Of a stretch of DNA of 64,000 nt, positions 49,484-62,416 are shown piece after piece. Numbering within the stretch: the stretch's first letter is position 1; each line of letters starts with the position of its first letter. Made by a program: the position numbers and the translations under genes. The stretch comes from the human T2T-CHM13v2.0 reference genome, Homo sapiens, in assembly GCF_009914755.1 (NCBI RefSeq), contig NC_060934.1, one strand, 5' to 3'. The notes below the pieces were generated by a model. It was given only the letters and a program-made list of their open reading frames with translations, was not told the DNA's origin and did not search any database.

Positions 49484-50022
49484 TGTGAAACGGTGTGCAT
49501 TGGCGCTTGCCACCCTTTCCCAGGACATTGTTCCTGGTTGGGAACCCTCATGCTATAAAAGAATTAGGAGCATCTCAGCAAGCTTGAGTCATAAGAAGTA
49601 CAATATTTATTCAACACACAGATAGCCAGCGGATGCACCAACAATGGCAATCCGGATTTCACTGTGACTGGAATGCTGTTTAGAGACTTAATTGTGTAAT
49701 GAGCAGTGGCACCAGGTCACCAGGTGTATCTGATTGAAGTCTTTGCTTCCGCTAGTTTCAGAGTAGATAACTAAAGGCGGTCTACAGAAGAGAATCTGCT
49801 CACCTGGAAGCCTTACTTGAACTGGGAAAAGTTTCCAGCTTTTGGCTTCTGAGATCCATACGAATATCCCTGCAACCAGGCACAGAAAAGTTACTGACCC
49901 CTGCATGTTTCATCATCTTTTGTAGCAAGTGGGCATGGATCCGCCTGAGCCTGGGATAACACCCCTCTCTCCTGCCAAGGTTTGCTTGGTACTTTGAATC
50001 CACACTATTTCGTAGACTCACA
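49484..50022 (-). mobile_element. Putative solo LTR, family not recognised
   Basis: TGTGA...TCACA inverted termini, ~540 bp, AATAAA on the minus strand at 49606-49611, higher GC than flanks; no clear TSD. Confidence 0.45.
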
Positions 50023-50039
50023 AAATATTAAAGAGAAAG

Positions 50040-50175
50040 TCTAATTATTTCACTTCTGAAATGAGAAAATGGAGATGCAATGAGGGCATAGTTTATTAAT
50101 ATGACAGTGATAGCTATAAAAAGGTCTGTGTGAGAACATAGCTCTTCTGATTCTCAGAGTGTTACTTTTCCATGA
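50040..50175 (-). mobile_element. MIR fragment
   Basis: ttatttcacttctgaaatgagaaaatggagatgcaatgaggg...tctgattctcagagtg. Confidence 0.55.
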
Positions 50176-50651
50176 TATTTGCTAAAATATAGTGGACAAT
50201 AATGCTAAATTATTTTTTTTCTGCCACTGAAACAGACAGTAAATGTATTTGCCTATTTTCTTCAACAAGCTAAGCTATGTGCATATAAAGGCATATTGTC
50301 AATTTCTCTCTCTATTTAAAAAATTTTAGTCCCTTAATGGCCAGCTGATAACATGTACTTTATAGCTTAACTTTAATAGAGTTAATAAGAAATAAAAAGC
50401 ATGAGAAGGCTTTGATATTTATTAGGGAAATAAGCACATAGAACTCTGTCACAGGCACAATTTAATTCAAAAAATGGTTATGAGGAGGTCCTGAAATATG
50501 ACTAAAATCCCAGCACAATAAAATATTTATTAAAAATCAATTTTAATTATTTTTCAAGTAATCAGAATTTAAAGTCTTTGGTTAACTCCCCAATCTACTT
50601 CCATGCTATATTCAAGCTTTCAAAAACTGAGGGGCTCCATGAGTCTATTTT

Positions 50652-50949
50652 ATTTATTTATTTATTTGAGATGGAGTTTTGCTCTTGTTGCCCAGGCTGG
50701 AGTGCAATGGTGCTATCTTGGCTCGCTGCAACCTCCGCCTGCTGGTTTCAAGCAATTCTCCTGCCTCAGCCTCCTGAGTAGCTGAGATTACAGGCATGCA
50801 CCACCAAGCCCAGCTAAGTTTGTATTTTTAGTAGAGACAGGGTTTCACCATGTTGGCCAGGTTGGTCTCTAACTCCTGACCTCAGGTGATCCACCTGCCT
50901 TGACCTTCCAAAGTGCTGGGATTATAGGCATGAGCTACCACACCAGGCC
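50652..50949 (-). mobile_element. Full-length AluS (Sq/Sx-like)
   Basis: TSD ctccatg(a/g)gtctatttt at 50635-50651 and 50949-50965. Confidence 0.96.
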
Positions 50950-52029
50950 TCCATGGGTCTATTTTGATGAAAAGACAATTGTTTCTAATGATTCTTGAAC
51001 CAGATAACTTCTTACTTTTACATTCATTCAGATTCTTCTGACTCATCCAAGCTTATCTCTACTTGGGTTACTTTTTAGAATGATCAGTGAAAAATCTAAT
51101 CGTTTGAATATGCTTAGGTATAAAAAAAATCAGATATTAAAATCCCCAGAAGATGTTTGGGATTAGGGCAAGGGGGTAAAGGGCAGCAGCCTTATGCCAA
51201 GCCTCCTCCATCCTTGGCTCCTTCACGTTAAGTATATGTCTGTGTCTCTGCTTAGCTACCTGTCTACCTATCATCTATTTCTTTAGCTATTTATATCTCT
51301 ATCTAATAAGAAGCTATAGCCAGAGAAGGAAGAAATGACCAACTTCCTGGAGTCATATCCTTCTATGGTCCCAAGGAAGGATACTCCCAAATACAGGCAC
51401 CTGCCTTTGGTAGAATGCAATACTGCAGCTACCTTTAGACCATTGTTTGGCAGCTGCTATGCTTCTGGTTCAATTACTTTCACTAGTTATGCTACAGAGA
51501 CAGATATTAATGCATATTTCAAGCTTTCTAGATATAAAAGGCAAAACTTATATCCTCTGAGCAGTCTTACAGAGTTCTCCCACTTCTACCTTGCCCTTCT
51601 CATTATTAGAAGCAAAGAACTACTCCATACTCATGCAGCTTTTCCAAGGATGTAATGTCATACTTGCTTATATATCCCTTCCTAATATTGCAACATGGAA
51701 CTAGAAGATTATTTTTTCTGGCTTTTAGGAGATGGCAATTAGAATTCAACACACTTTGGATCTCAGTTAGACTTAATTTTGCTTAAAAAATAACTTGCAT
51801 AACTTTTGTATAAATCTGCCCTGTTCTTTTTTTGGGTGCCTGGCAAACAGTAAGTAGTCATTCATTGAAGGAAGGACTGATATGTGCTCACATTTTCCCA
51901 TTTGCTAAACTGAAACCATTGTAGCAGAATTAAATAGCCTCCCTCTAAGGAAGTCATATCATTTTGTAACTTCTAATTAAATGACACCATTTTTTTCTGC
52001 CATTCCTTATGTTCTTTCTGCACATTCGT

Positions 52030-52820
52030 ACCCATGGCATGGCTTTCACTCCCATTGCATGATTTTGTCGTTGTCATTATCTCCAACAAAAGCCTGGTCT
52101 TCATTTTCATGAGTGTGATCACGTTACCTCTTGTACATCTCTGCCTGAACAGCCCAAAGGTAGCTCAAAATTAACATGTCCAAAGATGAACCCATTATCT
52201 TACACCATCTCCCTTCTCCCTCTCTAATACATACACAAACACACACACACAACTGTTTCACCCCCTGTTCTTCCCATCTCAGAGTATGTCACTATAATCC
52301 ATGTAGCTGAATAGGTTTGAGATCAGGAAGTTTGCCTAGCTTCCTTATCTCTCTCAAAATCCAATACCATTTCTCTCAGTGTTCCCAAATCACTCCAGAA
52401 CAGAGTTTTAAATTCTAAACATTACTTCTTCTTGATACGTACGTCTTTCTCCAGGTATTTCTTCACATAAATAAATTTCATTTTTTAAGCATATTATGTT
52501 CTAACATGCCTCTCTCCTTTTCTGTAAGTGTTGCCTTCCACTTCCCAAGGGTTGCCCTATTAACTTATCCTGTTAAGATTCAACTCAAATGTCATTTTCT
52601 CTATAAGACTTTCCATTCTCAATTTTCTCATTTCTTGCACATCTCTCTTGTAGCACTTTACAGGTTGTACTGTAATCACCCATTTTTTTTCTTTTTCCTG
52701 CATGCACTGCAAGATGAGAAATCATGTTCCTATATTTTCCATTTTATTTCTCTAGCACCTAGGATGTTTGTAGTAGGTGTTTCATAAATATTTATTGATA
52801 AACAAATGAATAAATGATGT
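52030..52820 (+). mobile_element. L2 fragments including the 3' end
   Basis: gctcaaaattaacatgtccaaa; ctcaaatgtcattttctcta; ataaatatttattgataaacaaatgaataaatga. Confidence 0.75.
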
Positions 52821-53874
52821 AAGGTAAGAACAAAGCCTTTGGAAGAACAGGTCTAGTGGTTTCTCACTAGGGCTGGGAGTAGGAAATCATTTTCCTGGGA
52901 TGACAGCTCAGATAGACTAAAAGGTAAAGTTAGGGGGGAGGTAATACACCCCAGAGGACCATTTAATCCTGCAATCATTTAATAAATGGTAGATTGGCGC
53001 TACTTAAATGAAAGATGGCTCTGCAATTTCAGTAAAATAAGAAAAAAGTAGTTGACACCAAAATGTGGACTAAAATACTATGCACTGGTAGGTAATAAAT
53101 TAAAACGTTGTATCAAATATGTACTGAATGTATGACATGAACAGATGGTTTCCTGACAAACCTGTCTTCGCCCAAGGCATCTGGTTAAAAAGCTAAATGA
53201 TAGATCCCTAATGGCCTCATTCCCCTTAATATACCATCTTACTATTATCCAGGAGTTTATATAAAATCTCTAAAATGTATCTTTATTTTTAACTTTGTTA
53301 CTTTATTTTCCTTAAGTGTAATGTGTAATTCTTTCAAGTTTCAAAGCTCTGGGTTGGGGATGGTGTCTACCAGATCTGTTATTCCGGGGTTTGGTAAACC
53401 AGACACTATTCACCTCATCCATATAATTATGACTTTATGACTTACATCATATGGCCTTTCCTATTAAATGTTGGGCCCAGTAGTTTTTCAATTTCATCCC
53501 TGAGTACCTTCCTAATTCTTGGATGGATATTAGCTCCCTTTCCCCAGTAATTTTCTTATCATTTCTTTTTTAGTTAGATCCAGAATACCTGAAAGTTAAC
53601 ATCATGTAAACTAGTATTGTTTTTAAAGATAAAATGAGAGTGAAATTCTTACATCATAAAAATGGAGATCATCCATATAACCCCTACTTATTCTTTTATT
53701 ATCCTTGAGCAGTTTTTATTTCTTTTTGTTTAAATTATGGCTTTATATGTTCTTTCAATTTTATTTTTATCTAAGAAATCATTTGTTTAAATGTCTTGTC
53801 ATTTTTGGTTGAAGAAATTGGGGTGAAAAGAATAAGGATGTTTAATAAGAATGAAAAAGTTCAGTCTTTGGCTT

Positions 53875-54530
53875 TGCTATTTAATTCATTTCTGCTTTCT
53901 GCAAAAAGCCCTGTAATGATAAACAGACATGGACCCTTCCTCCATGAAAACACACACAATAGTAAATATGCACATAACTCTCACTACCAACTATATTAAG
54001 TATAATTCAAGAGCAGGGCATGGAGCCAAGAGTTAAGTGTATCCTACCTGAAATTAGGTAGTCCAGGAAAGGCTTTCTGAAGAAATGACATTCTGAGATG
54101 TGCATTGGAATAACAAAAGAGTAGGAAAGAAAGCATTCCAGTCAGAGAACCTCATGGGAAAAGCCGTGGACTAAGATTCCTGGTTTAGCCAAGTCACGGA
54201 GAGAATTTAAAGTGGTTGGAGGATGATAACAGAAAAAGGAAGGGGCATGAGATTATATGAAATTACAAAGGTAGATCATGACCAGATATGCCTTTTAGGC
54301 ATGGAAAGGAGGTTAACCTTCATTCTAAGTGCAATGAAAATCTCATAAACGATTTAAACATGAGAATGTCGTGGTTATATTTGTGTTTTAAAAGATCAGT
54401 TCAAATGCTTTGTAGAGTGATATATTCGCAACTAAGAGTAGAAAAAGACCTGTAAAAAACTATTAAATAGCAAATAAATGATGATAGCATGGACAAAAAA
54501 TGCTGCAAATGAGATAAAGAGGAGGCCTTT
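53875..54530 (-). mobile_element. L2 3' region
   Basis: taaacagacatggacccttccctccatg; ggtagtccaggaaaggctttctgaagaaatgacatt; tttgtgttttaaaagatca. Confidence 0.8.
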
Positions 54531-55084
54531 AACAAGTTACTTGGCTGAATAGCATGGATAGTATCTACCTCAAAAGGTCAAAAAACATATGTGAATTTAT
54601 GCCTTTAAAGCACTAAACACAGTTTTGGTACAGAGAAAGTATATACATATTTATTTTTATTATTGTTGTTACTATGATTACTTCTGTTGTTTGGAGTTGT
54701 TTGGCTTGGTTTTAAGGTGTGGAGTTTGAATGTCAGTGAGAGACGGGACATTTATTTGATGTGTTGTAGTTTACTGGTTTTGAAAGAAGTTTGATAGAAT
54801 TGTATTATGGTGTACTGTTTTATGGGGTGGTATTTAGAATGAGGCTAGGTGATGTTTAATAGGTGTTAGAAAAGGAAAATGAAACAATTAAATTTTTAAA
54901 TATCTAATAATTAACTTGCCTTGGGACCAGTAGGGCCTTACTATCCTTTTCCTCACCCCCTCTGTTTCCTCCAAGAAGCTGTATCAATATTTCTAAGCCA
55001 TAAAGCCTCATTCCATAAGGATGATACAAATATTATGATTATAGTGGTAATTCTCTACTGATGTCAGAACCATTCCTTTCATGA

Positions 55085-55445
55085 AAATCATCCTAGGACG
55101 TCTTGGAATGTCAGAGCTGGAAAGGAACTAGGAGGTAATTGGGCCTAGTTCTCTTTGTTGCAGATGTAGAGGCTGAGACTGAGAAAGGAAGGTGCTTTGA
55201 CTCTTGAGGGGTACCAGATTGTGGGTTGAAAATGCCCTGGACTGGGCATCCGAGTGAACATAGTCAAGCACCACATCTATCATCAACCCTCCATGCAGTA
55301 TTGGACAACTTGCATAATCTCCTGAGGCTCGGTTTCCTCATAGTAAAATGAGGACCCTAATATCTGCCCTGCCTAGCTAAAAAGTTGAAGAAAAATAATG
55401 CACTTAAAAACATTTTATGAACTATGAAATGTACTTGCTATTATT
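55085..55445. mobile_element. Two MIR/MIR3 fragments in opposite orientations
   Basis: gaatgtcagagctggaaaggaact..cagatgtagaggctgagactgagaaagg; ggacaacttgcataatctcctgaggctcggtttcctcat. Confidence 0.75.
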
Positions 55446-58141
55446 TCTGTGCCATGTTTACAACCACTAAGACAGCAGATGGTATTCTTGATTCAATTGT
55501 TTGCATACAGGTAGTTAGTGTAGCTCATGGTTATGGTGCTCAGAAATTCCTGAAGTAAATTTATTGGGGGGCTATGTTCTGAACACATGTGTAAGCTGAA
55601 AATCTTCAAGTACATATTTCATGAATTATTAAGACCATTAAACCTCAATATGGCCTGGAGATATAATATTATTTATATTTTACTCTAAGAAAATAGATGC
55701 ACTTTAAGTAACCAAGTAATTTTAAAAATCAGTATAAGGTCACACAGCCACTAGACAGCAGAGCCTGATTTCAAACCTTGATCTACCTTGTTCAAAAAGC
55801 CACAGAATTTTGACTATTAACAGGGAGGCTGAACTACTGTCAAAGAGATAAACTGACATCATTTCTGGGGACAAAAAATAAAAAAGAATTCTTAAATTGA
55901 CCAAACACGATTAGGAAACCAAAGGCACATTTGTGTTCTCCAGGTTGTGTTGAAATGCAGCTGATATGATATTGCAATTGAGCAATCGGGTGTAAAAATC
56001 ACTGATAAAAACACACCACAGATGGCAATTAATTACCACACAGGCCTTGCTCCATTACACAGTGAAAGATTGAGGAAGAAACAGCAACAAGACTAAACCA
56101 GGAAGTGCCAACATCTACAGGAACCTGCCCTCTGCTGGTCAACCCAGTGTCCCATCCTTGTTAAACAAGGACATTATTCAAAGATGCAAATGAGGTATTT
56201 TGAGCACTTTTATATTTATGACTTTATTACTCTGAGACAGTTGGGAGTTTTAATTTTGTGGTTAGCCTACCTGCTGTTTCTTTATTAAAATCTTAGTTCT
56301 GATTAATCAAAAATGCTCTTTGTAGTCAAGTCACATAGATTCTGCAAACTAGGATGCACTAGTTCACTCTGAATTTGGTGTGAGACTTATCTTTTAAAGA
56401 TGCACACTGATTTATATGTGTGCTCACAAGTGTGGCAGTGAATTAAAATATGATAGCAAGTGGGAAAGGTTCATGGCTTTCTGAATGTGATCATAAATAA
56501 AGATTTCATGACCAAGTTGCTCTGTATAATCCTTGTTACTCCTCACCTATGGGCATATTGCAGTCACTCTGTTGGTGGTAACCTTTGCTAAACTAGCATT
56601 GGGTTTGCATAGCCTCATAAAATTGGCATCAAAAATCCACAATTCAATCAGCTGCCAGAGTTTTTTATACATACCGCTCTAAAGCATGTAAATTATTTGA
56701 AGCAATTGAAATGATTATTTTCCATCATCACCCAGATTTTTGTCCACCAGCAATGGCCGAGAGAGCCAGCTTCGTATTTTATCCTGTGGAGGTCTGAAAA
56801 GCAACAAATTCTGAATATGAAATTTGGAGAAAGGGTAGCACAAACGAAAAAGTGGTTCAATAGAGAAAAGTAGAGAGGACATCAAAAGTGGATGTAAATG
56901 GTGTTCTGAAAATTTCATATACATATATATATATTCCCCTTGGATTCTATTTTACCCGCAAATATTACTTATTAAATATTCACAAGGAAATGATTGTCTC
57001 TTATAGATTTGGCATACCAATTTAATACACAAGTCTCCTTTGTGGTAACTTCTAATATTCTACCCAGAACAGCAATATTATTTTAGATATACACATAATA
57101 AAATATAATTTAATACCTAGAACTATGAAACAGGAGAGACAGCCAAGGTCATAAAAGTGATGCTATTTACATTGAGTACAAGCATTTCTTTATGAGATAA
57201 CCTTCACTGCCAAGATGCCAGGAGACTCTTCTTAAGCAAGAGATTTTTGGTAATTACAGAAAGCAGCAAAGCAGAAGAGACTAGCATTGCTATGGGACCA
57301 TATCTCTGTCTACCATGTATCTTTGAACAATTTCTGACCTAAATGAGCCTCAGAATCTTATAAACATAACACCTATTTCACTGGATTTTTTCATAATTAA
57401 ACTTCAAATGTAAAATGCCAGGAACATGGTAGACATTACGAAAAGTCTGAGACTCCTTTTTCCTGAGCAAACTTAGCTAGCACTACTATTGTCTATGGTA
57501 ATACTCTACCCAATTAACTTCATCTGTTTACTCTCCCTATCCCAAACGTGTACAGCCTTATATAACTCTGGTAATAAACCATTAGATCCTAGAGCCACTC
57601 CATGACAAACTGAAAACAACTAAGAAGTAATTGTAAATGTCCCCTGGCTTCTGCTCTATTGTATAACCTGCTTCCTGAAAGTCCAAATCCCTGCAAGAAC
57701 TAGCACTGCCCCACAATAGTACAGGGAGGTCCCTGGAAGGTTTCCCAAGTGCTTCTAAGTTTCTTTTGATGTAGTTGCCGTTACTGCCCTCTGGGACTCT
57801 GATTGGTCTGCTACTCACTGTGGTCTCTCAATGGGCCTCACTGCCATTGTCTTTCTCCATCTATTTCCATGGATATAGTAGAGCCCCCATTTACCAAAAC
57901 TGCAAGGACCCTGTGATAGAAGAAACTAGAGAGATCTGATGATTACTTGCCCTCTCATCTTGAGTTAGTACTGTGTAAGTAAGGTCCCAAAACATGGCTT
58001 CTTCTGTCCCTATCTTGCAGAGGCTTCTGAAAATTTCAGATTGGGTGTAAAATCTTTTCCTTTCTCTGGAATAGATGAGAACTGGATGTATCAGGCTTCA
58101 CACTGTATTCCTGTAACACATGCATTAACAATCTGTGATCT

Positions 58142-60681
58142 GAATTCTACCAGAGGTACAAAGAGGGGCTGGTACCATTCCTGCTGAAACTCTTCCAAAA
58201 AATTGAAAAGGAGGGCCTTCTTCTTAACACATTCTATGAGGCCAGCATCATCCTGATACCAAAACCTGGTAGAGATACAACAAAAAAAGAAAACTTCAGC
58301 CCAATATCCTTGGTGAACATGGACGTAAAAAATCTTCAACAAAATACTGGTAAACCAATCCCAGAAGTACATCAAAAAGCTTACCTACCACTATCAAGTA
58401 GGCTTCATCCCCAGGATGCAAGTTTGGCTCAACATATGCAAATCCATAAAGGTGGTTCCTCAAATAAACAGAACAAAAGAAAAAAGCACATGATTATCTC
58501 AATAGACGCAGAAAAAGCCTTTGATAAAATTCAACATCCCTGGATGTTAAAAACTCTCAATAAACTAGATACTGAAGGAAAATATCTCCAAATAGTAACA
58601 GCCATGCAAGACAAACCCACAGCCAATATCATACTGAATGGGCAAAAGCTAGAAGCATTCTCCTTGACCGGCAAAAGACGAGGTTGTCCTCTCTCACCAA
58701 TCCTATTCAACATAGTATTGCAAGTTCTGGCAAGGGCAATCAGGCAAGAGAAAGAAATAAAGGTATTCAAACAGGAAGAGAGAAAGTCAAACTATCCTTG
58801 TTTGCAGATGACATGATCTTATATCTAGAAAACCCCACCAACTCAGCCCAAAAGCTTCTTCAGCTGATAAGCAACTTCAGCAATGTCTCAGAATACAAAG
58901 TCATTGTGCAAAAAAAAGCTAGCATACCTACACACTTACAACAGGTAAGCCAAGAGCCAAATCATGAATGAACTCCAATTTATGATTGCCACAGACAGAA
59001 TAAAATACCTAGGAGTGCAGCTATCAGAGATGACACAAACAAATGGAAAAACATTCCATGCTCATGGATAGGAAGAGTTAATATCGTGAAAATGGCCATA
59101 TTGCCCAAAGCAATTTATAGATTCAATGCTATTCCCATTAACTACCATTGGCATTCTTCGCACCATTAGAAAAAACTATTTTAAAATTCATATGGAACCA
59201 AAAAAGAGCCCGGATAGCCAAGGTAACCCTAAGCAAAAAGAACAAAGCTAGAGGCATCATGCTACCTGACTTCACACTATACTACAAGGCTACAGTAACC
59301 AAAGCAGCATAGTACGGTAAAGGAACAGACAACTAAATGAATGGAACAGAAGAGAGAACCCAGGAATAAGACCGCACACTTACAACTATCTGATGTACAA
59401 CAAAACTGACAAAAACAAGCAATGGGGAAAGGATTCCCTATTTAAGAAATGGTGCTGAGAGGAGTGGCTAGCCATATGCAGAACATTGAAACTGGACCCC
59501 TTCCTTACACCATATACAAAAATCAACTCAAGATGGATTAAAGACTTTAATTTAAAAGTCAAAACTATAAAAACCCTGAAAGAAAACCTAGACAATACCA
59601 TTCAGGACATAGACAGAGGCAAAGATTTTATGATGAAGGCACCAAAAGCAAATGCAACAAAAGCAAAAATTGACAAATGGGATCTGATTAAACTGAAGAG
59701 CTTCTGCATAGCAAAATAAAGTATCAACAGAGTAAACAGACAACCTACAGAATGGGAGAATATTTATGCAATCTATGCATCTGAAAAAGATCTAAAATCC
59801 TACATCTATAAGGAATTTAAGCAAATTTACATGAATAAAACAACCCCATTAAAAAGTGGGCAAAGGAAATGAACAGACACTTCTCAAAAGAAGACATATA
59901 TGCAGCCAAACAAACATTTAAAAAAACCTCAGCATCACTTACCATTAAAGAAATTCAAATCAAAGCCACCATGAGGTACCATCCCACACCAGTCATAATG
60001 GCTATTAACAAAGTCAAAAAACAACAGATGCTGGTGAGGTTGTGGAGAAAAAGTTATGCTTTTTCACTGTTGGTGAGAGTGTAAATTAGTTCAACCATTG
60101 TGGAAGACAGTGTGGTGATTCCTTAAAGACCTAGAGGCAGAAATGCCATTACTGAGTATATACCCAAAGGATTATAAATAGTTCTATTATAAAGACACAT
60201 GCATATGTATGTTCATTGCAGCACTATTAACAATAGCAAAGGCCATGGAACCAACCTAAATGCCCATCAGTGACAGACTGGATAAAGAAAATGTGGTACA
60301 GAGACACTGTGGAATACTATGCAGCTATAAAAAGGAACAAGATCATGTTCTTTGCAGGGACATAGATGGAGCTGGAGGCCATTATCCTTAGCAAACTAAC
60401 ACAGGAACAGAAAACCAAATACCACATATTCTCACTTATAAATGGGAGCTAAATGATGACAACATATGGACACATGGTGGGGAACAACACACACTGGGGC
60501 CTGTTGGAGTGTGGGAGGAGGGAGTGGATCAGGAAGAACGGCCAGTGGATGCTGGGCTTAATAGCTGGGTGATGGGATGATCTGTACAGCAAACTACCAT
60601 GGCACGTGTTTACCTATGTAACAAACCTGTACATACTGCACATGTACACCTGAATTTAAAATAAGTTTGAAAAAATAAAAC
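58142..60681 (+). mobile_element. 5'-truncated L1PA13-16-like element (~2.5 kb)
   Basis: ORF2 fragments ([22 protein letters not shown]), 3'UTR, A-tail; TSD aaca(a/g)t(c/t)tgtgatct at 58127-58141 and 60682-60696; internal deletion of roughly 50 bp at ~59023. Confidence 0.93.
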
Positions 60682-61907
60682 AACAGTTTGTGATCTTTCA
60701 ACAACAACAGCTTTCTCACTGGCTTAGCTCATTATGTCTACTTGATGAGCTGTTTCCTTGGAGGTTTCTAAAGTCACTGTTGTCCTTAGACCCTGGCAAG
60801 AGGGCCTCTACCTTCACCTGAATGCATTAGATATCCTCACTCTGGTCCTTTGCTAGGCAGGCACACTCTTTAGCCATGTGGTAAAGGAAAACTGCACACT
60901 GAAATTCCAACTTGACTTTTGGATCTAAACCACCTTTTGGATACCTGGCATTTGAGAACTCCCTGCCAAAATAGTCTAAGCCTGCCTCATGGGGCTGTTT
61001 GTGACCCTTCTCCATGTCCACCCTCCTTTGATCAGACTAAGCTCTGATCTTGTGTACCTTCAGGCCCTGGAGACACCAGGGAGCATTGTTATAAACATGG
61101 TAGATGGATATGCTGACTCCGGTGACCCTTATCATGTAGAAGGAAGCTGCTGTTGAGAATAGAACAGGGCAAGCCATCAGCTGGTTTATTGTTGTTTGTT
61201 TTCTCTATTTTGCCAGTTCTCACAGAATTCTAAGGAGTCTAAAAATACTAAATTGAAACCTGGCCTTCCAGGTCATTATGAAGAAATATATTTGTTAAGG
61301 CAGAGGATATACCACATTTTATTTAGTATGTTAGCTGAATTTATAACATAGATATTTAGACCTGGGGTCTGTGGATTTCTGTCTGTACTTTAGTCTCTAA
61401 GACCCGAAAGTATATAAGGGCAAGCCTGCCTCAAACCCTCTACAAATAGAGTTTAGTCTGACTTTCCCTAGCAATTTTCTGGACATACTAAAAGATGGTA
61501 TAATTTTAAATTTTTGGTGACTAAGAATCTCTTTGGTTTTGTAATTTTTTTAATCAAAGCAAAGCTGTTCTGACATAAGTAGAGGGAAGGTGGGTGATTA
61601 CAAAGGACTCAGGACTTTCGGGAACATAACAGTGACAATGGGCCATGGAACCCAAGCTCCATGGGTTAATCTAAGAGAGGCCCTGCATAAAGTGAAACAG
61701 TGAATGGAGAGGTGGTTATGAACTTAAAGAGAAGTTGCACCAGGGACACTTCAGCAACAGAGTGGGAAGGTGAAAGTCTGTGGACAGACAGAAGATGTTA
61801 TTTGTTTATAGCTTAGGAGATTGTGACCATAGAGTTTGTGACTGACATGGGTTGGAAGAGGAAGACATTATTGATGGTTCCACAGCAAAATTCTATACTT
61901 TTGGATA

Positions 61908-62416
61908 CCCTTTTCCCAGTTAGAAAAAAAAAAAGTGCAGTTCACTGCTAATGCTCATTTAATTTTACATTAGCACACTTTTTGAGGCTGAAGAAAATCT
62001 GGCCAATTTTCAGTATGAAAATATAAAAAACTGTTCTTGGAGTTATTTCTAAACAGAACTAATGTCAGAATCATCTGAATCATCAGAATCATCTATTTCA
62101 GAAAAATTGGATTCATCAAATGAATCTTCGGCCAACAAATTTGGAGAACAATATTAACATCACGTGTGATAATGCTATATTTTCTAGGATTTGACATTTT
62201 CAGCAATCAAGAATTACTGTATTTTGTAAATGGAAATACCACTACTAAAGACAGAATGTTTATAAATAGAATGATGTCTTTTGTTTCCAAAGTCAATATA
62301 CTAGAGTAATGCAAAAATAGTAAAAAGTAAGATATTTCTTGGCAAAGTTATCTCAGGGTAAATGCTGCAGCTGCCAGTGCCACTGGCGAGTAGTCTCACA
62401 GGAAATGAGAAAAGGA
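61908..62416 (-). mobile_element. MER75 (piggyBac-derived MITE)
   Basis: Terminal inverted repeats cccttttcccagtt / aaatgagaaaagga; TTAA at 62417-62420; internal antisense atgtcaaatcctagaaaa and gaagattcatttgatgaatcc. Confidence 0.9.

Noticed and set aside
51335-51655. 106-aa ATG-initiated ORF in unique sequence
   Set aside because: No recognisable homology or gene structure; the length is compatible with chance in 64 kb.
62060-62095. Repeated (tc)agaatca/tgaatca 9-mers as a regulatory array
   Set aside because: They are part of the MER75 internal sequence.
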